Shown here: positions 38,315 to 48,566 of the stretch, one piece after another
Numbering within the stretch: position 1 is the stretch's first letter
How the letters are laid out: each line of letters opens with the position of its first letter
Source: Nibricoccus sp.
Lineage (GTDB): Bacteria; Verrucomicrobiota; Verrucomicrobiia; Opitutales; Opitutaceae
Length of the DNA stretch: 64,000 nucleotides
Reading direction: 5' to 3'
NCBI GenBank assembly: GCA_047602425.1
Contig: JASGHG010000001.1
Location: 5,024,001-5,088,000, forward strand
The notes under the pieces: model-generated
What the model was told of the DNA's origin: nothing
Database searches by the model: none
Seen by the model: only the letters and a program-made list of their open reading frames with translations
Translations under genes and position numbers: made by a program

Positions 38315-39907
38315 ATGATCGACGATGCTCAGTGCCTGCACAACTACGCCACGACGCGAAACCAAGAGGCTTTTGCCGATTTCGTGCATCGTAATCTGCG
38401 CTTGGTTTACTCGGCGGCGCTACGTCAAACCCGTGGCGACGCGCATCTCGCCCAGGATGTCACGCAGGTTGTGTTCACAGCCGCGGCGCAGCACGCGAAA
38501 GCTCTCGCAGGCCACCCCGTCATCGCCGCGTGGCTTCACCAAACCACGCGCAACGCCGCCATCGACGCGATCCGCTCCCAACAACGCCGTCAGGCTCGCG
38601 AGGAGGCGGTCGGCAAGATGAATCCCACCACAACCGAATCTGACGAAGCGCCCGATTGGGACAAAATCAGTCCGGAGCTGGACAAGATCGTCGCGTCATT
38701 GAAAGCCGAGGATCGCAATGCCATCGTCCTGCGCTTCTTTGGCGAAAAATCTTTTGCCGAAATCGGCCAGCAACTGGAGCTGAGCGAAAACGCCGCCCGC
38801 ATGCGCGTGGACCGCGCCTTGGAGAAGATGCGGCTTTCGCTTTCGCGCAAAGGCGTCGTCTCAAGCGCCGCAGCCCTCGGCATGATCCTCGCAGCCAAAA
38901 CCGCCGTCGCTGCACCCGCGGGCCTGGGCGCCGCCACCGTCACCGCCGCGCTGAGCGCACCTGCTGCCACCGGCCTCGCCACTTTTCTAGGAGCCATCAA
39001 AATCATGAGTACCGCAAAAATCACCGCAGGCGTCTCCACTGTCATCGCCATCGTCAGCGTAGCCACCGCGATCCACCAATATCAAAACGCCCGCGCCGCC
39101 GAACAGGCCTTGCTCGATCTGCAAAACTCAATGCGCGCCGCACGCGCCCAGACGACCGCACCAAAACCGACAGCAGAACCAGCGGCTTCCAATGCCGATC
39201 AAACTGCCAAGCCCAACGTCGCCACCGCACAACCCGCCGCCAGCGCCCAGGCGAACAATCCCCTTTCGCCCGTGCTCCAGTTGCTGACGAATCCGGCCAT
39301 CCAAGCCCAGTCGAACATGCTGACGAAGATCCGGCTGGACAGCCAGTTTGGCCCGCTCTTCAAACAGCTCGGATTCAAGCCGGCGCAGCTTGAGCAATTT
39401 AAAAACCTGATCGTGGAAAAACAAATGGTGGCCTTCGACAGCATCACGGCCGCCAATGAACAGGGAATCAACCCGTTCATGAATCCCAAGGGTTTCTTTC
39501 AAGTGGTTAGCGCAGCCGAGAAGACGGTCGACACCCAAATCGCGAACCTGCTGGGCGAGGACGGTTTCAAGCAGTTTAATGCCTACCAGGAAACGGTACC
39601 GGCACGAAATACGGTGAATTATATGATTCAGGCGCTGAGCTTCACCGACGCACCTCTCAGTGCGGAACAAGCCGAGCGTGTTGTCCAAACCCTCGCGACT
39701 CAGGGGACGGCGGCGATCCCGCCGATGAGTCCGTTTGCCGTGCTCAATTCGGACCTGGGAGTGATCAAGCTCAGCGAACAAGGCCGGACCCAACTCCAAG
39801 GCGTGCTCTCCGAACAACAGATGCGCGTGTTGGATGAAAAATTACAACAGCAGCAGCAACTCTACGAAATCCGCACCCGCATCGGCCACCCGGAGAAAGC
39901 CAAGTAG
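38315..39907 (+). CDS. ECF sigma-70 factor with long C-terminal extension (TM plus extracytoplasmic domain)
   Basis: AFADFVHRNLRLVYSAALRQ, AQDVTQVVF, AWLHQTTRN, DRNAIVLRFF..KSFAEIG...SENAARMRVDRALEKMR; Ala-rich and hydrophobic segments follow. Confidence 0.9.
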   Translation: MIDDAQCLHNYATTRNQEAFADFVHRNLRLVYSAALRQTRGDAHLAQDVTQVVFTAAAQHAKALAGHPVIAAWLHQTTRNAAIDAIRSQQRRQAREEAVGKMNPTTTESDEAPDWDKISPELDKIVASLKAEDRNAIVLRFFGEKSFAEIGQQLELSENAARMRVDRALEKMRLSLSRKGVVSSAAALGMILAAKTAVAAPAGLGAATVTAALSAPAATGLATFLGAIKIMSTAKITAGVSTVIAIVSVATAIHQYQNARAAEQALLDLQNSMRAARAQTTAPKPTAEPAASNADQTAKPNVATAQPAASAQANNPLSPVLQLLTNPAIQAQSNMLTKIRLDSQFGPLFKQLGFKPAQLEQFKNLIVEKQMVAFDSITAANEQGINPFMNPKGFFQVVSAAEKTVDTQIANLLGEDGFKQFNAYQETVPARNTVNYMIQALSFTDAPLSAEQAERVVQTLATQGTAAIPPMSPFAVLNSDLGVIKLSEQGRTQLQGVLSEQQMRVLDEKLQQQQQLYEIRTRIGHPEKAK

Positions 39908-40003
39908 TTCGGCTCTATTACAACGAAGCGATTTGTCCAAACCCGGCGACGACGGCGCGTCGCCCTCCAGGCGTTTTTCCCGCAGTTCTGTGTTCGATCC
40001 AAA

Positions 40004-41428
40004 TCAACTTTTCGCGGCGGCGGCGTACTTGGCGATGATGCCGTCGAAGGAGCCGTTGGTGAAGAACACCACGACGCGCGAGCAGTCGGCGGGCGCGGGC
40101 AATGTGTCGGTTTTCAGTTTCTCCAACAACTCCGCGTTTGAGGCAAAGGCGTGGGCTTCGCCGCCGTGCACCGCGAGATGCTGCGCGACGGCCTCGGTAT
40201 CGAACCGCTCGTTTGCGGCAAGTTTCTCCCCGCGGTTGACCGCGCCCATGTAAACCTCGTCGGCCAGTGCCAGCGCCTTGGCGAAACCGCCTTGCAGCGT
40301 GCTCGTGCGCGCGGTGTTGCTGCGGGGTTCGAAGACCGCCGTCAAAACTGCGCCTTTGAAACGCGCGCGGAAGGAGCTCAGCGTCTCGGCCAGCGCGGTG
40401 GGATGATGTCCGAAGTCCTCGATCACGGTTAGCGCGGGAGTATTGATGAGGATTTCCTGCCGGCGCTTCACCCCGCGGAAGCGTGCGAGCGCATCGAGTT
40501 TGAAGGCGGTGGGATTTTCCGGCAGCACGGCCAGCGCCGCCGCCGTGGCGGCCATCGCGGCGTTGCGCGCATTGAACTGTCCGTGCAAGGCCCAGCGGAT
40601 CGTGCCCCAGGGTTTGCCCTTCCAGCTCAGCGAAAAACCCGCGCCGGTGGCGTCCTCGGAAAAATCCGTGATGCGCACGTCGTTTTGCTCGCCCGTGCCG
40701 ACGCGAATCACGCGCGTCCAGCTCATCGCGCCAAGCGCGCGGAGATTGATGTCGTCGCCGTTGAGGACGATCCAGCCGTTGCGCGGGACGATGCGCGAGA
40801 GATGCGTGAAGGTGCGTTGCACGTCGGCGAGATCGCGGAAGATGTCGGCGTGGTCGAATTCGAGATTGTTCAACACGGCCACGTGCGGAGCGTAGTGGAT
40901 GAATTTACTGCGCTTGTCGAAAAAGGCGCTGTCGTACTCGTCGCCCTCGATCACAAAGGGATCGCTGGCCTTGCCGAGGTGATTGCCCACCGGAGGATCG
41001 ATCGGAACGCCGCCGATGAGGAAGCCGGGGTCGCGTCCGTTTTCGCGCAACAGGAAAGCCGCCAATGAAGTTGTCGTGGTTTTTCCATGCGTGCCGCAAA
41101 CGACGATGTTGCGCCGCGTCTTCAGCACCGTGTCGTGCAACAACGCCGGCAGCGACGTGAAAGGAATCGCGCGCGTGTCGAGCAACCATTCGACTTCGGG
41201 ATTGCCGCGCGACATGGCGTTACCGATGACGACCAGTTCGGGCGCGAGTTTTTGCAACCGCGCCGGGTCGTACCCCTCGTGCAACGTGATGCCGGCTTTC
41301 GCCAACACGTCGCTCATGGGCGGATACACGCCGGTGTCGGCCCCCAGCACTTCATGCCCGGCCGCGCGCGCCAGCAGCGCCGCGTTGCCCATGGCCGTTC
41401 CGCAAATGCCCATGAAATAGATTTTCAT
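40004..41428 (-). CDS. mpl: Murein peptide ligase Mpl
   Basis: MGICGTAMG, YPPMS, GTHGKTTT, EGDEYDSAFFDKRSKF, NLEFDHADIF, DFGHHPTA, FEPRSNT. Confidence 0.92.
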   Translation of the reverse strand: MKIYFMGICGTAMGNAALLARAAGHEVLGADTGVYPPMSDVLAKAGITLHEGYDPARLQKLAPELVVIGNAMSRGNPEVEWLLDTRAIPFTSLPALLHDTVLKTRRNIVVCGTHGKTTTTSLAAFLLRENGRDPGFLIGGVPIDPPVGNHLGKASDPFVIEGDEYDSAFFDKRSKFIHYAPHVAVLNNLEFDHADIFRDLADVQRTFTHLSRIVPRNGWIVLNGDDINLRALGAMSWTRVIRVGTGEQNDVRITDFSEDATGAGFSLSWKGKPWGTIRWALHGQFNARNAAMAATAAALAVLPENPTAFKLDALARFRGVKRRQEILINTPALTVIEDFGHHPTALAETLSSFRARFKGAVLTAVFEPRSNTARTSTLQGGFAKALALADEVYMGAVNRGEKLAANERFDTEAVAQHLAVHGGEAHAFASNAELLEKLKTDTLPAPADCSRVVVFFTNGSFDGIIAKYAAAAKS

Positions 41429-41596
41429 AATGGAGGTGTCGGGGAAATGTTCGGCTGCGAAAAATGCACGCCGACAACAAAAGGGCGAGTGAGAAGACAG
41501 CGCAATCGCGGTCCGTCCGGACCATTTCGCGTCGACCCGCAAAGCGCGCCCGCAACCCCCTTGGCGGGCGGCAAAAAAAAGTCCGATAAATTCCCA

Positions 41597-41627
41597 TTGA
41601 CGCCTGAAACGGCACCCCCTTTAACTT
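41597..41627 (+). promoter_or_regulatory. Putative sigma70 promoter of tRNA-Phe
   Basis: TTGACG-N18-TTAACT, about 16 nt upstream of the tRNA. Confidence 0.5.
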
Positions 41628-41642
41628 CGCCCCTTCACGAAT

Positions 41643-41718
<76 letters not shown>

Positions 41719-42113
41719 TTCTGAATAACCTGGCAGAGGGAAACTTGCGAAAGCGCAGAAGCACGGCGGGGTCCGAGGGGAACAACCAAACTTTAGGAGC
41801 GGCTTTACGCCGCGATTCTGCAAATTCAGAACTCTAGGAAAGCCGCTCAACGCAACCGCGCGCCTCACCATCTACGCAATGCGTACTCCGGCTTCGTTTC
41901 CTCCGTTACCTCCTGTAAAACTGTCAGAATTCTGTCCGCCATTTGAACATTTCTGCCGAATCGAACCAACGCGTTGAGTCTATCGCCTCAGAAACGACGA
42001 TCAGATCCGTTTCACCCGCGGCTGTAACAACTATTCGTAACCGCTAAATCGCGCCGGCCTGTATCTTCGGCGTGTCACCCAAGACTTTCGGCATTTTCAA
42101 CTTCGCGCTTGAC

Positions 42114-42129
42114 TTGACTATTTAGTCAA
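42114..42129. promoter_or_regulatory. Palindromic TetR operator candidate
   Basis: TTGACTA-TT-TAGTCAA perfect 7-bp inverted repeat 15 nt before the tetR ATG, overlapping a TTGACT -35-like hexamer. Confidence 0.75.
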
Positions 42130-42144
42130 CTATCCGTTTTCGCC

Positions 42145-42768
42145 ATGGGCAGAACTTCAGATGCCAACGAACGCTTGATGGACGCCGCTCTCGACCTGAT
42201 TTGGGAAGAGAGCTACGGCTCCGTCACGATCGACGATATCTGCAAGCGGGCCGATGTGAAGAAAGGGAGTTTCTATTACTTCTTCAAATCGAAGTCGGAA
42301 CTGGCGGTGGCCGCCTTGGAGCGTCTCTGGACGGAAACGTGGAAGCCCCGGCTCGACAGCGTGTTTTCGCCCTCGTCGGATCCGCTCACCCGACTCACGG
42401 CCTACCTCGTCTCACTTTACGAACGGCAGGTCGAGGTGAAGAAGCAGCACGGTAAAGTGCTCGGTTGCCCGGTGGTTTCCATGGGGTCCGAGACCTGCAC
42501 CTGCGATAACGAAATCAATTTAAAAATCCGGGAGCTGCTCGGTCGCAAACGGCGCTACTATGAGTCCGCCATTCGCGACGCGCTTGCCGAAGGGCAAATC
42601 GCTCCCTGCGATCCGGCGGAAAAAGCCATGGCCTTCGCCGCCTTGATCGAAGGCTCCATTTGCCAGGCTCGCATCATGAACGATCCGGAAGTCACGCGCA
42701 CGCTTCCGACCGTCGCCTTGGGGTTGCTCGGCGCAAAAAAGATTCCCGCGACAACCGCCCAAGTCTGA
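42145..42768 (+). CDS. TetR/AcrR family regulator (NemR/LmrA-like)
   Basis: HTH TIDDICKRADVKKGSFYYFFKSKSEL; GCPV motif; Cys-rich. Confidence 0.93.
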   Translation: MGRTSDANERLMDAALDLIWEESYGSVTIDDICKRADVKKGSFYYFFKSKSELAVAALERLWTETWKPRLDSVFSPSSDPLTRLTAYLVSLYERQVEVKKQHGKVLGCPVVSMGSETCTCDNEINLKIRELLGRKRRYYESAIRDALAEGQIAPCDPAEKAMAFAALIEGSICQARIMNDPEVTRTLPTVALGLLGAKKIPATTAQV

Positions 42769-42819
42769 CCTCTTTTCACCGCGCACGGTGTCCCCGTGCG
42801 CTTTCTTTCACGCAAATCA

Positions 42820-42835
42820 CTAACTAAACAGTCAA
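42820..42835. promoter_or_regulatory. Second, degenerate TetR operator upstream of the efflux operon
   Basis: CTAACTAAACAGTCAA matches 13/16 to the reverse complement of the 42114 palindrome; both are followed by CTAT. Confidence 0.6.
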
Positions 42836-42957
42836 CTATTAGAAAGATTCACGCGAAATAATTCCGTTACGCATTATACTGCGACCGCACTCGCTCAGGC
42901 TCTCGGCAAAGATTCCTCATCCTCACTTTTACCAAGCATCACACTTTTCCTTACAAC

Positions 42958-44175
42958 ATGTCTAAAAACAACACCACCGAACCAGCCTCCCCCACCCGAC
43001 GGATCCTTAATGGCCGCTTGCTGTGGGTCTCGCTCACGTTGGTCGCCGCCTCCCTCGTTACGGTCACGCTTCTGCCTTCGCGTTCCCACGCGTCGCAAAC
43101 CGCCTCGGCCGCACAACCACCCGCTGCCCCCAAAGTCACGGTGGCGCCGGTCGAACAGCGCAATGTCACCGAGTACGAGGAATTGACCGGCCACGTCGAT
43201 GCCACGGAAACGGTTGAGCTTCGCGCCCGTGTTTCCGGACACCTCGATGCCGTTTCCTTCAAAGCCGGGCAAGTAGTGGAGAAAGGCGAGGTCCTCTTCA
43301 CGATCGATTCCCGTTGGTACCAGGCTCAGTACGATCTCGCCGCCGCCCGCGCCGATCTCGCCGAGCGCGAAGCCAAGCGCGCTTCCTCCCTGCTCGCCTC
43401 CTCCGCCATGTCGAACGAAGAAGCCGACAGCCGCCTCGCTCTCGCCGCACAAGCCCGTGCCCAGCTCGCGACCGCCCAACTCGATCTCGAACACACCAAG
43501 GTCCGCGCGCCCATCAGCGGCCGCGTCAGCCGGGCGCTCGTCACCGCAGGCAATCTCGTTTCCGGCACGCCAGGAAGCGCGACGTTGCTCACGACCATCG
43601 TGGCGACTGGCGATGCCTACGTTTACGCAGACGTCGACGAGAACACTTTGCTCAAGTTCAACCGTCTCGCCCGGGAGAATAAAATCCTCACGCAGGACGG
43701 ACGCATTCCGGTCGAACTCCAGCTCGCGGATGAAACCGGGTATCCACGTCGTGGTTACATCGAGTCCGCTGACAATCGCGTCAATCCGTCCACCGGCTCG
43801 CTGCTGCTGCGCATGATTTTTCCAAATCCGGATAATGCGCTTCTGCCGGGACTCTTTGCGCGGGTGCGCATTCCAATCAGCGCGCCACAACCGGCGTTGC
43901 TTATCAGCGAGCGCGCCATCGGCACCGACCAAAGCCAGAAATTCGTGCTCGCTGTCGATCACGACAACAAGGTCGCTTACCGAACCGTCAAACTCGGCAC
44001 CGTCATCGGCAACAAACGCGTCGTGCGCGAAGGTTTGCACGCCGGCGACACGGTGGTCGTGAACGGTCTGCAAAAAATACGGCCCGGCATGGTCGTCGCA
44101 CCCGAAGTGCAACAGGTTGCCCAGGACAGCTCCGAACTTTTACCCGCGGGAAGATCTGTCGCCCACGTTCAATAA
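42958..44175 (+). CDS. RND efflux periplasmic adaptor (MexE/OqxA-like)
   Basis: VELRARVSG, TKVRAPISGRVSR, DNRVNPSTG, PGLFARV, AIGTDQ, VVVNGLQ. Confidence 0.93.
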   Translation: MSKNNTTEPASPTRRILNGRLLWVSLTLVAASLVTVTLLPSRSHASQTASAAQPPAAPKVTVAPVEQRNVTEYEELTGHVDATETVELRARVSGHLDAVSFKAGQVVEKGEVLFTIDSRWYQAQYDLAAARADLAEREAKRASSLLASSAMSNEEADSRLALAAQARAQLATAQLDLEHTKVRAPISGRVSRALVTAGNLVSGTPGSATLLTTIVATGDAYVYADVDENTLLKFNRLARENKILTQDGRIPVELQLADETGYPRRGYIESADNRVNPSTGSLLLRMIFPNPDNALLPGLFARVRIPISAPQPALLISERAIGTDQSQKFVLAVDHDNKVAYRTVKLGTVIGNKRVVREGLHAGDTVVVNGLQKIRPGMVVAPEVQQVAQDSSELLPAGRSVAHVQ

Positions 44176-44249
44176 CTAGCTCTTAAATCCAAAACGATCC
44201 ATTCGGGCCGCCCAACACGGCCACCGCAGCCACTGCTTTGTCCTCATCC

Positions 44250-47200
44250 ATGAATTTCTCCGACTACTTCATCAAGCGACCCATCCTCGCGGGCGTGCTT
44301 TCCATCGTGATCTTCCTCGTGGGCATCATCTCGATGTGGCGTTTGCCCGTCAGCGAATACCCCGAGGTCGCTCCGCCGACCGTCGTCGTGCGCGCGGTCT
44401 ATCCCGGCGCCAATCCCAAGACAATTTCCGAAACCGTTGCCGCCCCGCTCGAGCAGGCCATCAACGGCGTTGAGGATTCGCTCTACATGTTTTCCCAGGC
44501 AACGAGCGACGGCGTGATGACGCTCACCGTAACTTTCAAGATTGGGACAAACCTGGATAACGCGCAGATGCAGGTGCAAAACCGCGTTTCCCAATCTCTG
44601 CCGAAGCTTCCCACCGAAGTGCGCAATCTCGGCGTGACCACGACGAAGACGTCGCCTGACCTGCTCATGGTCGTGCACCTCTACTCGCCGGACAACCGCT
44701 ACGACGACATTTATATTCGCAACTACGCCACGCTTCAGGTCCGCGACGTGCTCGCGCGTCTTTCCGGCGTCGGCCAGGTGCGGGTATTTGGTTCGGGTGA
44801 CTATGCCATGCGTGTCTGGCTCGATCCCAACAAGATCGCCGCCAAGGGGCTCACCGCTTCGGAGGTGGTCGCTGCGATCCGCGAACAAAATGTCCAGGTC
44901 GCCGCCGGCGGCGTAGGCCTGCAGCCCAATTCGCGTCCCGTCGACACCGAACTACTGATTAATACCCAAGGCCGTCTCGCGTCCGAGGACGAATTCGGCG
45001 CCATCATCGTGAAGACCGGCTCGGCAGGAGAACGCGTTCAGTTGCGCGACGTGGCCCGGATCGAACTCGGCGCGTCGGAGTACGCCTTGCGCTCGCGGCT
45101 CGACAACAAATCCGCCGTCGCCCTGCCGGTGGCGCAGCTGCCGGGCTCCAATGCCATCGCCACCGCCGACGCCGTTCGCGCAACCATGAAGGAACTCTCA
45201 GCAAATTTTCCCGAAGGGCTGAGCTACGCCATCGCCTACGACACGACGATTTTTGTACGCAGCTCGATCGAAGCCGTGGTCCACACGCTTTTCGAAGCGA
45301 TCGTCTTGGTTGTCCTGGTCGTCATTCTGTTTCTCCAAACCTGGCGCGCCTCGATCATCCCGCTGGCGGCTGTACCTGTTTCCTTGGTCGGCACGTTCGC
45401 CGTCATGCACGGGCTGGGCTTCTCGATCAACGCGCTTTCGCTTTTCGGCCTTGTACTCGCCATCGGCATCGTGGTCGATGACGCGATTGTCGTGGTTGAA
45501 AACGTCGAACGTCACATTCAACTCGGACGCTCACCCGTCGAAGCGACCAAGCAGGCGATGCGCGAGGTTACCGGGCCGATCGTCGCCACGGCGCTCGTGC
45601 TCACGGCGGTGTTTATTCCCACCGCGTTCATCAGCGGACTCACCGGCCAGTTCTACAAGCAGTTCGCCATCACAATCGCGATTTCAACCGTCATTTCGGC
45701 CTTCAATTCCCTCACGCTTTCGCCGGCGCTCAGCGCGTTGCTGCTCAAGGGCCATCACGCCAAGCCAGACTGGCTCACGCGCGTCATGGACCGCAGCCTG
45801 GGTTGGTTTTTCCGGCCCTTCAACCGCTTCTTCGAGTGGGCTTCGAACAAGTACTCGGCGGGTGTCGCACGTTTGCTGCGGGTCAGCGTGATCGCTCTGA
45901 TTGTCTACGGCGGCTTGATCGGTCTCACTGCACTTTTATACAAGCGGACACCGTCGGGCTTCGTTCCGACCCAGGACAAGCAATACCTGATCGCGTTCGC
46001 CCAGCTTCCGGCCGCGGCCTCGCTGGATCGAACGGACGCCGTGGTGCACAACATGGCCGAACGCGCCCTTGCCCATCCCGGCGTCGCGCACACCATCGCG
46101 TTTCCCGGCCTTTCGATCAACGGTTTCACGAACTCGCCGAACAGCGGCATCGTTTTCGTGGCGCTGAAGCCGTTTGAAGAGCGCAAAGCGAAAAACCTTT
46201 CCGGCCAGGCCATCGCCCAGCAATTGCAGCGCGAATATGCGCAAGTACAGGACGCCTACATCGCGATCTTCCCGCCTCCGCCGGTCCGTGGCGTCGGCAC
46301 CATTGGCGGTTTCAAATTCTATGTCGAAGACCGAAGCGACGCCGGACTCGACGCACTCTTCGATGCGACGCAGGGACTGATGTCCACCGCACGTCAAACA
46401 CCGGGCCTGACCGGGATTTTCTCCAGCTACACGGTCAACACGCCTCAGCTCAAGGCCGAGGTCGACCGCGCCAAGGCCAAGGCGCTCGGTATTCCCCTCT
46501 CCAATCTCTTCGAGACGATGCAGATCAACCTCGGTTCGCTCTACGTTAACGATTTCAATCGGTTCGGCCGCACCTATCAGGTCGTTGCCCAGGCCGATGC
46601 CGAATTCCGCAACACCGCCGACGACATTCTGCGGCTGAAGACCCGCAATTCGTCCGGCCAGCTCGTCCCGTTGGGAACCGTCGTCAAGGTCCAGGAAACC
46701 TACGGGCCCGATCGTGTCATGCGGTACAACGGCTATCCTGCCGCCGAGGTCAATGGCGCCGCCGCTCCCGGCTTCAGCTCGGGCGAAGCCGAGTCCTTGA
46801 TGGAAAAACTGGCCGCCGCGAACCTGCCCAAAGGCATGGCGCTCGATTGGACCGAGCTGACGTTCCAGCGTATCATCGCCGGCAATACAGGCATCTACGT
46901 TTTTCCGTTGAGCATCTTCCTCGTATTCCTGGTTCTCGCCGCGCAATACGAGAGTTTCCGCCTGCCTTTCGCCGTCATTCTCATTGTACCCATGGCGCTC
47001 TTTTCCGCGTTGTTTGGCCTCTGGCTGACGCGCGGCGAAAACAACGTCTTCACGCAAATTGGTCTTATCGTCCTGATCGGTTTGGCGGCTAAAAACGCGA
47101 TCTTGATCGTCGAATTCGCCGTCAAACGGCGCGAGGAAGGCGCAAGCATTCGCGATGCCGCGCTCGAAGCTTCGCGGCTCCGGCTGCGGCCGATTCTCAT

Positions 47201-47435
47201 GACGTCCATCGCCTTTATCGCCGGCGTGTTCCCGCTCGTGACGTCCACCGGTGCCGGCGCCGAAATGCGTCGCGCCATGGGCATCGCCGTCTTCGCGGGC
47301 ATGATCGGCGTCACGTTCTTCGGTCTTTTCCTTACGCCGATTTTCTACGTCGTCCTGGAAAAACTTGGATTGCGGAAATCCGCGTCGGAGCCGGCGCCCG
47401 CGCTTCCCGCCGCTCCAGCGCCTGACGCAGCGTGA
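44250..47435 (+). CDS. RND efflux permease, HAE1 (MexF/OqxB-like)
   Basis: FIKRPI, LPVSEYPEVAPP, AIGIVVDDAIVVVENVER, GLAAKNAILIVEFA, RLRPILMTS. Confidence 0.95.
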   Translation: MNFSDYFIKRPILAGVLSIVIFLVGIISMWRLPVSEYPEVAPPTVVVRAVYPGANPKTISETVAAPLEQAINGVEDSLYMFSQATSDGVMTLTVTFKIGTNLDNAQMQVQNRVSQSLPKLPTEVRNLGVTTTKTSPDLLMVVHLYSPDNRYDDIYIRNYATLQVRDVLARLSGVGQVRVFGSGDYAMRVWLDPNKIAAKGLTASEVVAAIREQNVQVAAGGVGLQPNSRPVDTELLINTQGRLASEDEFGAIIVKTGSAGERVQLRDVARIELGASEYALRSRLDNKSAVALPVAQLPGSNAIATADAVRATMKELSANFPEGLSYAIAYDTTIFVRSSIEAVVHTLFEAIVLVVLVVILFLQTWRASIIPLAAVPVSLVGTFAVMHGLGFSINALSLFGLVLAIGIVVDDAIVVVENVERHIQLGRSPVEATKQAMREVTGPIVATALVLTAVFIPTAFISGLTGQFYKQFAITIAISTVISAFNSLTLSPALSALLLKGHHAKPDWLTRVMDRSLGWFFRPFNRFFEWASNKYSAGVARLLRVSVIALIVYGGLIGLTALLYKRTPSGFVPTQDKQYLIAFAQLPAAASLDRTDAVVHNMAERALAHPGVAHTIAFPGLSINGFTNSPNSGIVFVALKPFEERKAKNLSGQAIAQQLQREYAQVQDAYIAIFPPPPVRGVGTIGGFKFYVEDRSDAGLDALFDATQGLMSTARQTPGLTGIFSSYTVNTPQLKAEVDRAKAKALGIPLSNLFETMQINLGSLYVNDFNRFGRTYQVVAQADAEFRNTADDILRLKTRNSSGQLVPLGTVVKVQETYGPDRVMRYNGYPAAEVNGAAAPGFSSGEAESLMEKLAAANLPKGMALDWTELTFQRIIAGNTGIYVFPLSIFLVFLVLAAQYESFRLPFAVILIVPMALFSALFGLWLTRGENNVFTQIGLIVLIGLAAKNAILIVEFAVKRREEGASIRDAALEASRLRLRPILMTSIAFIAGVFPLVTSTGAGAEMRRAMGIAVFAGMIGVTFFGLFLTPIFYVVLEKLGLRKSASEPAPALPAAPAPDAA

Positions 47436-47480
47436 GCGCAGGCAACTTTCATTCATCACAAACCTCCAATTTATCGAACT

Positions 47481-48515
47481 ATGGAACACAGAATTCTCGG
47501 CGGTTCAGGTCTCAAGGTCCCGGTACTGAGCTTCGGCACCGCCACCTTTGGCGGTGGCAACGAGTTTTTCGGTGCCTGGGGTAACAGCGACGTCAACGCT
47601 GCGACACGCCTCGTAGACATTTGCCTCGAAGCCGGTGCCAACTTCTTCGACACAGCAGATGTCTACTCCGATGGGCGCGCCGAAGAAATTCTTGGGCGCG
47701 CGATCGCTGGCCGCCGGGATCGCGTGCTCATTTCGACGAAGGCGACGTTCCGTCTGGGTTCTGGTCCGAACGACGTGGGTTCGTCGCGACATCATTTGTT
47801 GCAGTCCGTCGACGCCAGCCTGCGTCGTCTCGGGACAGACTACATCGACCTCTTTCAATTGCATGCATTCGATGCACTCACGCCGGTGGAAGAGGTCTTG
47901 AGCACGCTCGACGGTTTGGTCCGCACTGGAAAAATCCGTTATATTGGTTGCTCGAATTTTTCCGCCTGGCATCTGATGAAGTCACTGGCCGCCTCGGAAA
48001 AACGAGGTTTTGAGCGCTACGTTGCCCACCAGTCCTACTATTCGCTGCTTGAGCGCAGCTACGAATGGGAACTCATGCCGCTCGCCCTCGACCAACGGGT
48101 CGGAACGATTGTGTGGAGTCCGCTGGGCTGGGGCCGCCTGACCGGCAAGATTCGTCGCAACCAACCGCTCCCGGCAACGAGCCGTCTGAATTCATCCCTC
48201 GTAGTCGATCTCGGCCCACCGGTAGTCGACGAGCATTTGTATCGAGTTGTCGACGCCCTGGACGCCGTCGCCGCTGAAACGGGAAAAACCGTGCCGCAGG
48301 TCGCTCTGAACTGGCTGCTCGGCCGGCCCAGCATCGCCAGCGTGATCATTGGCGCGCGTAACGAGGAACAGTTGCGGCAGAACCTCGGCGCCGTCGGCTG
48401 GACGCTCACGCCAGCTCAGATCACACAACTCGATACCGCCAGCGCCACACCCCTGCCCTCACCCTATTTCCATCAACGCGGCCACTTCTCTGAACGCAAC
48501 CCAGCACCCGTCTGA
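47481..48515 (+). CDS. Aldo/keto reductase
   Basis: FFDTADVYS.G.AEEILG, ISTK, SLRRLGTDYIDLFQLH, GKIRYIGCSN, WSPLG. Confidence 0.95.
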   Translation: MEHRILGGSGLKVPVLSFGTATFGGGNEFFGAWGNSDVNAATRLVDICLEAGANFFDTADVYSDGRAEEILGRAIAGRRDRVLISTKATFRLGSGPNDVGSSRHHLLQSVDASLRRLGTDYIDLFQLHAFDALTPVEEVLSTLDGLVRTGKIRYIGCSNFSAWHLMKSLAASEKRGFERYVAHQSYYSLLERSYEWELMPLALDQRVGTIVWSPLGWGRLTGKIRRNQPLPATSRLNSSLVVDLGPPVVDEHLYRVVDALDAVAAETGKTVPQVALNWLLGRPSIASVIIGARNEEQLRQNLGAVGWTLTPAQITQLDTASATPLPSPYFHQRGHFSERNPAPV

Positions 48516-48566
48516 ATACCCACGGTGCACATTCTTCTACTAAAACCATCATCAATCTACCAATCT

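Noticed and set aside
45936..47489. 517-aa minus-strand ORF
   Set aside because: Antisense shadow of the RND permease.
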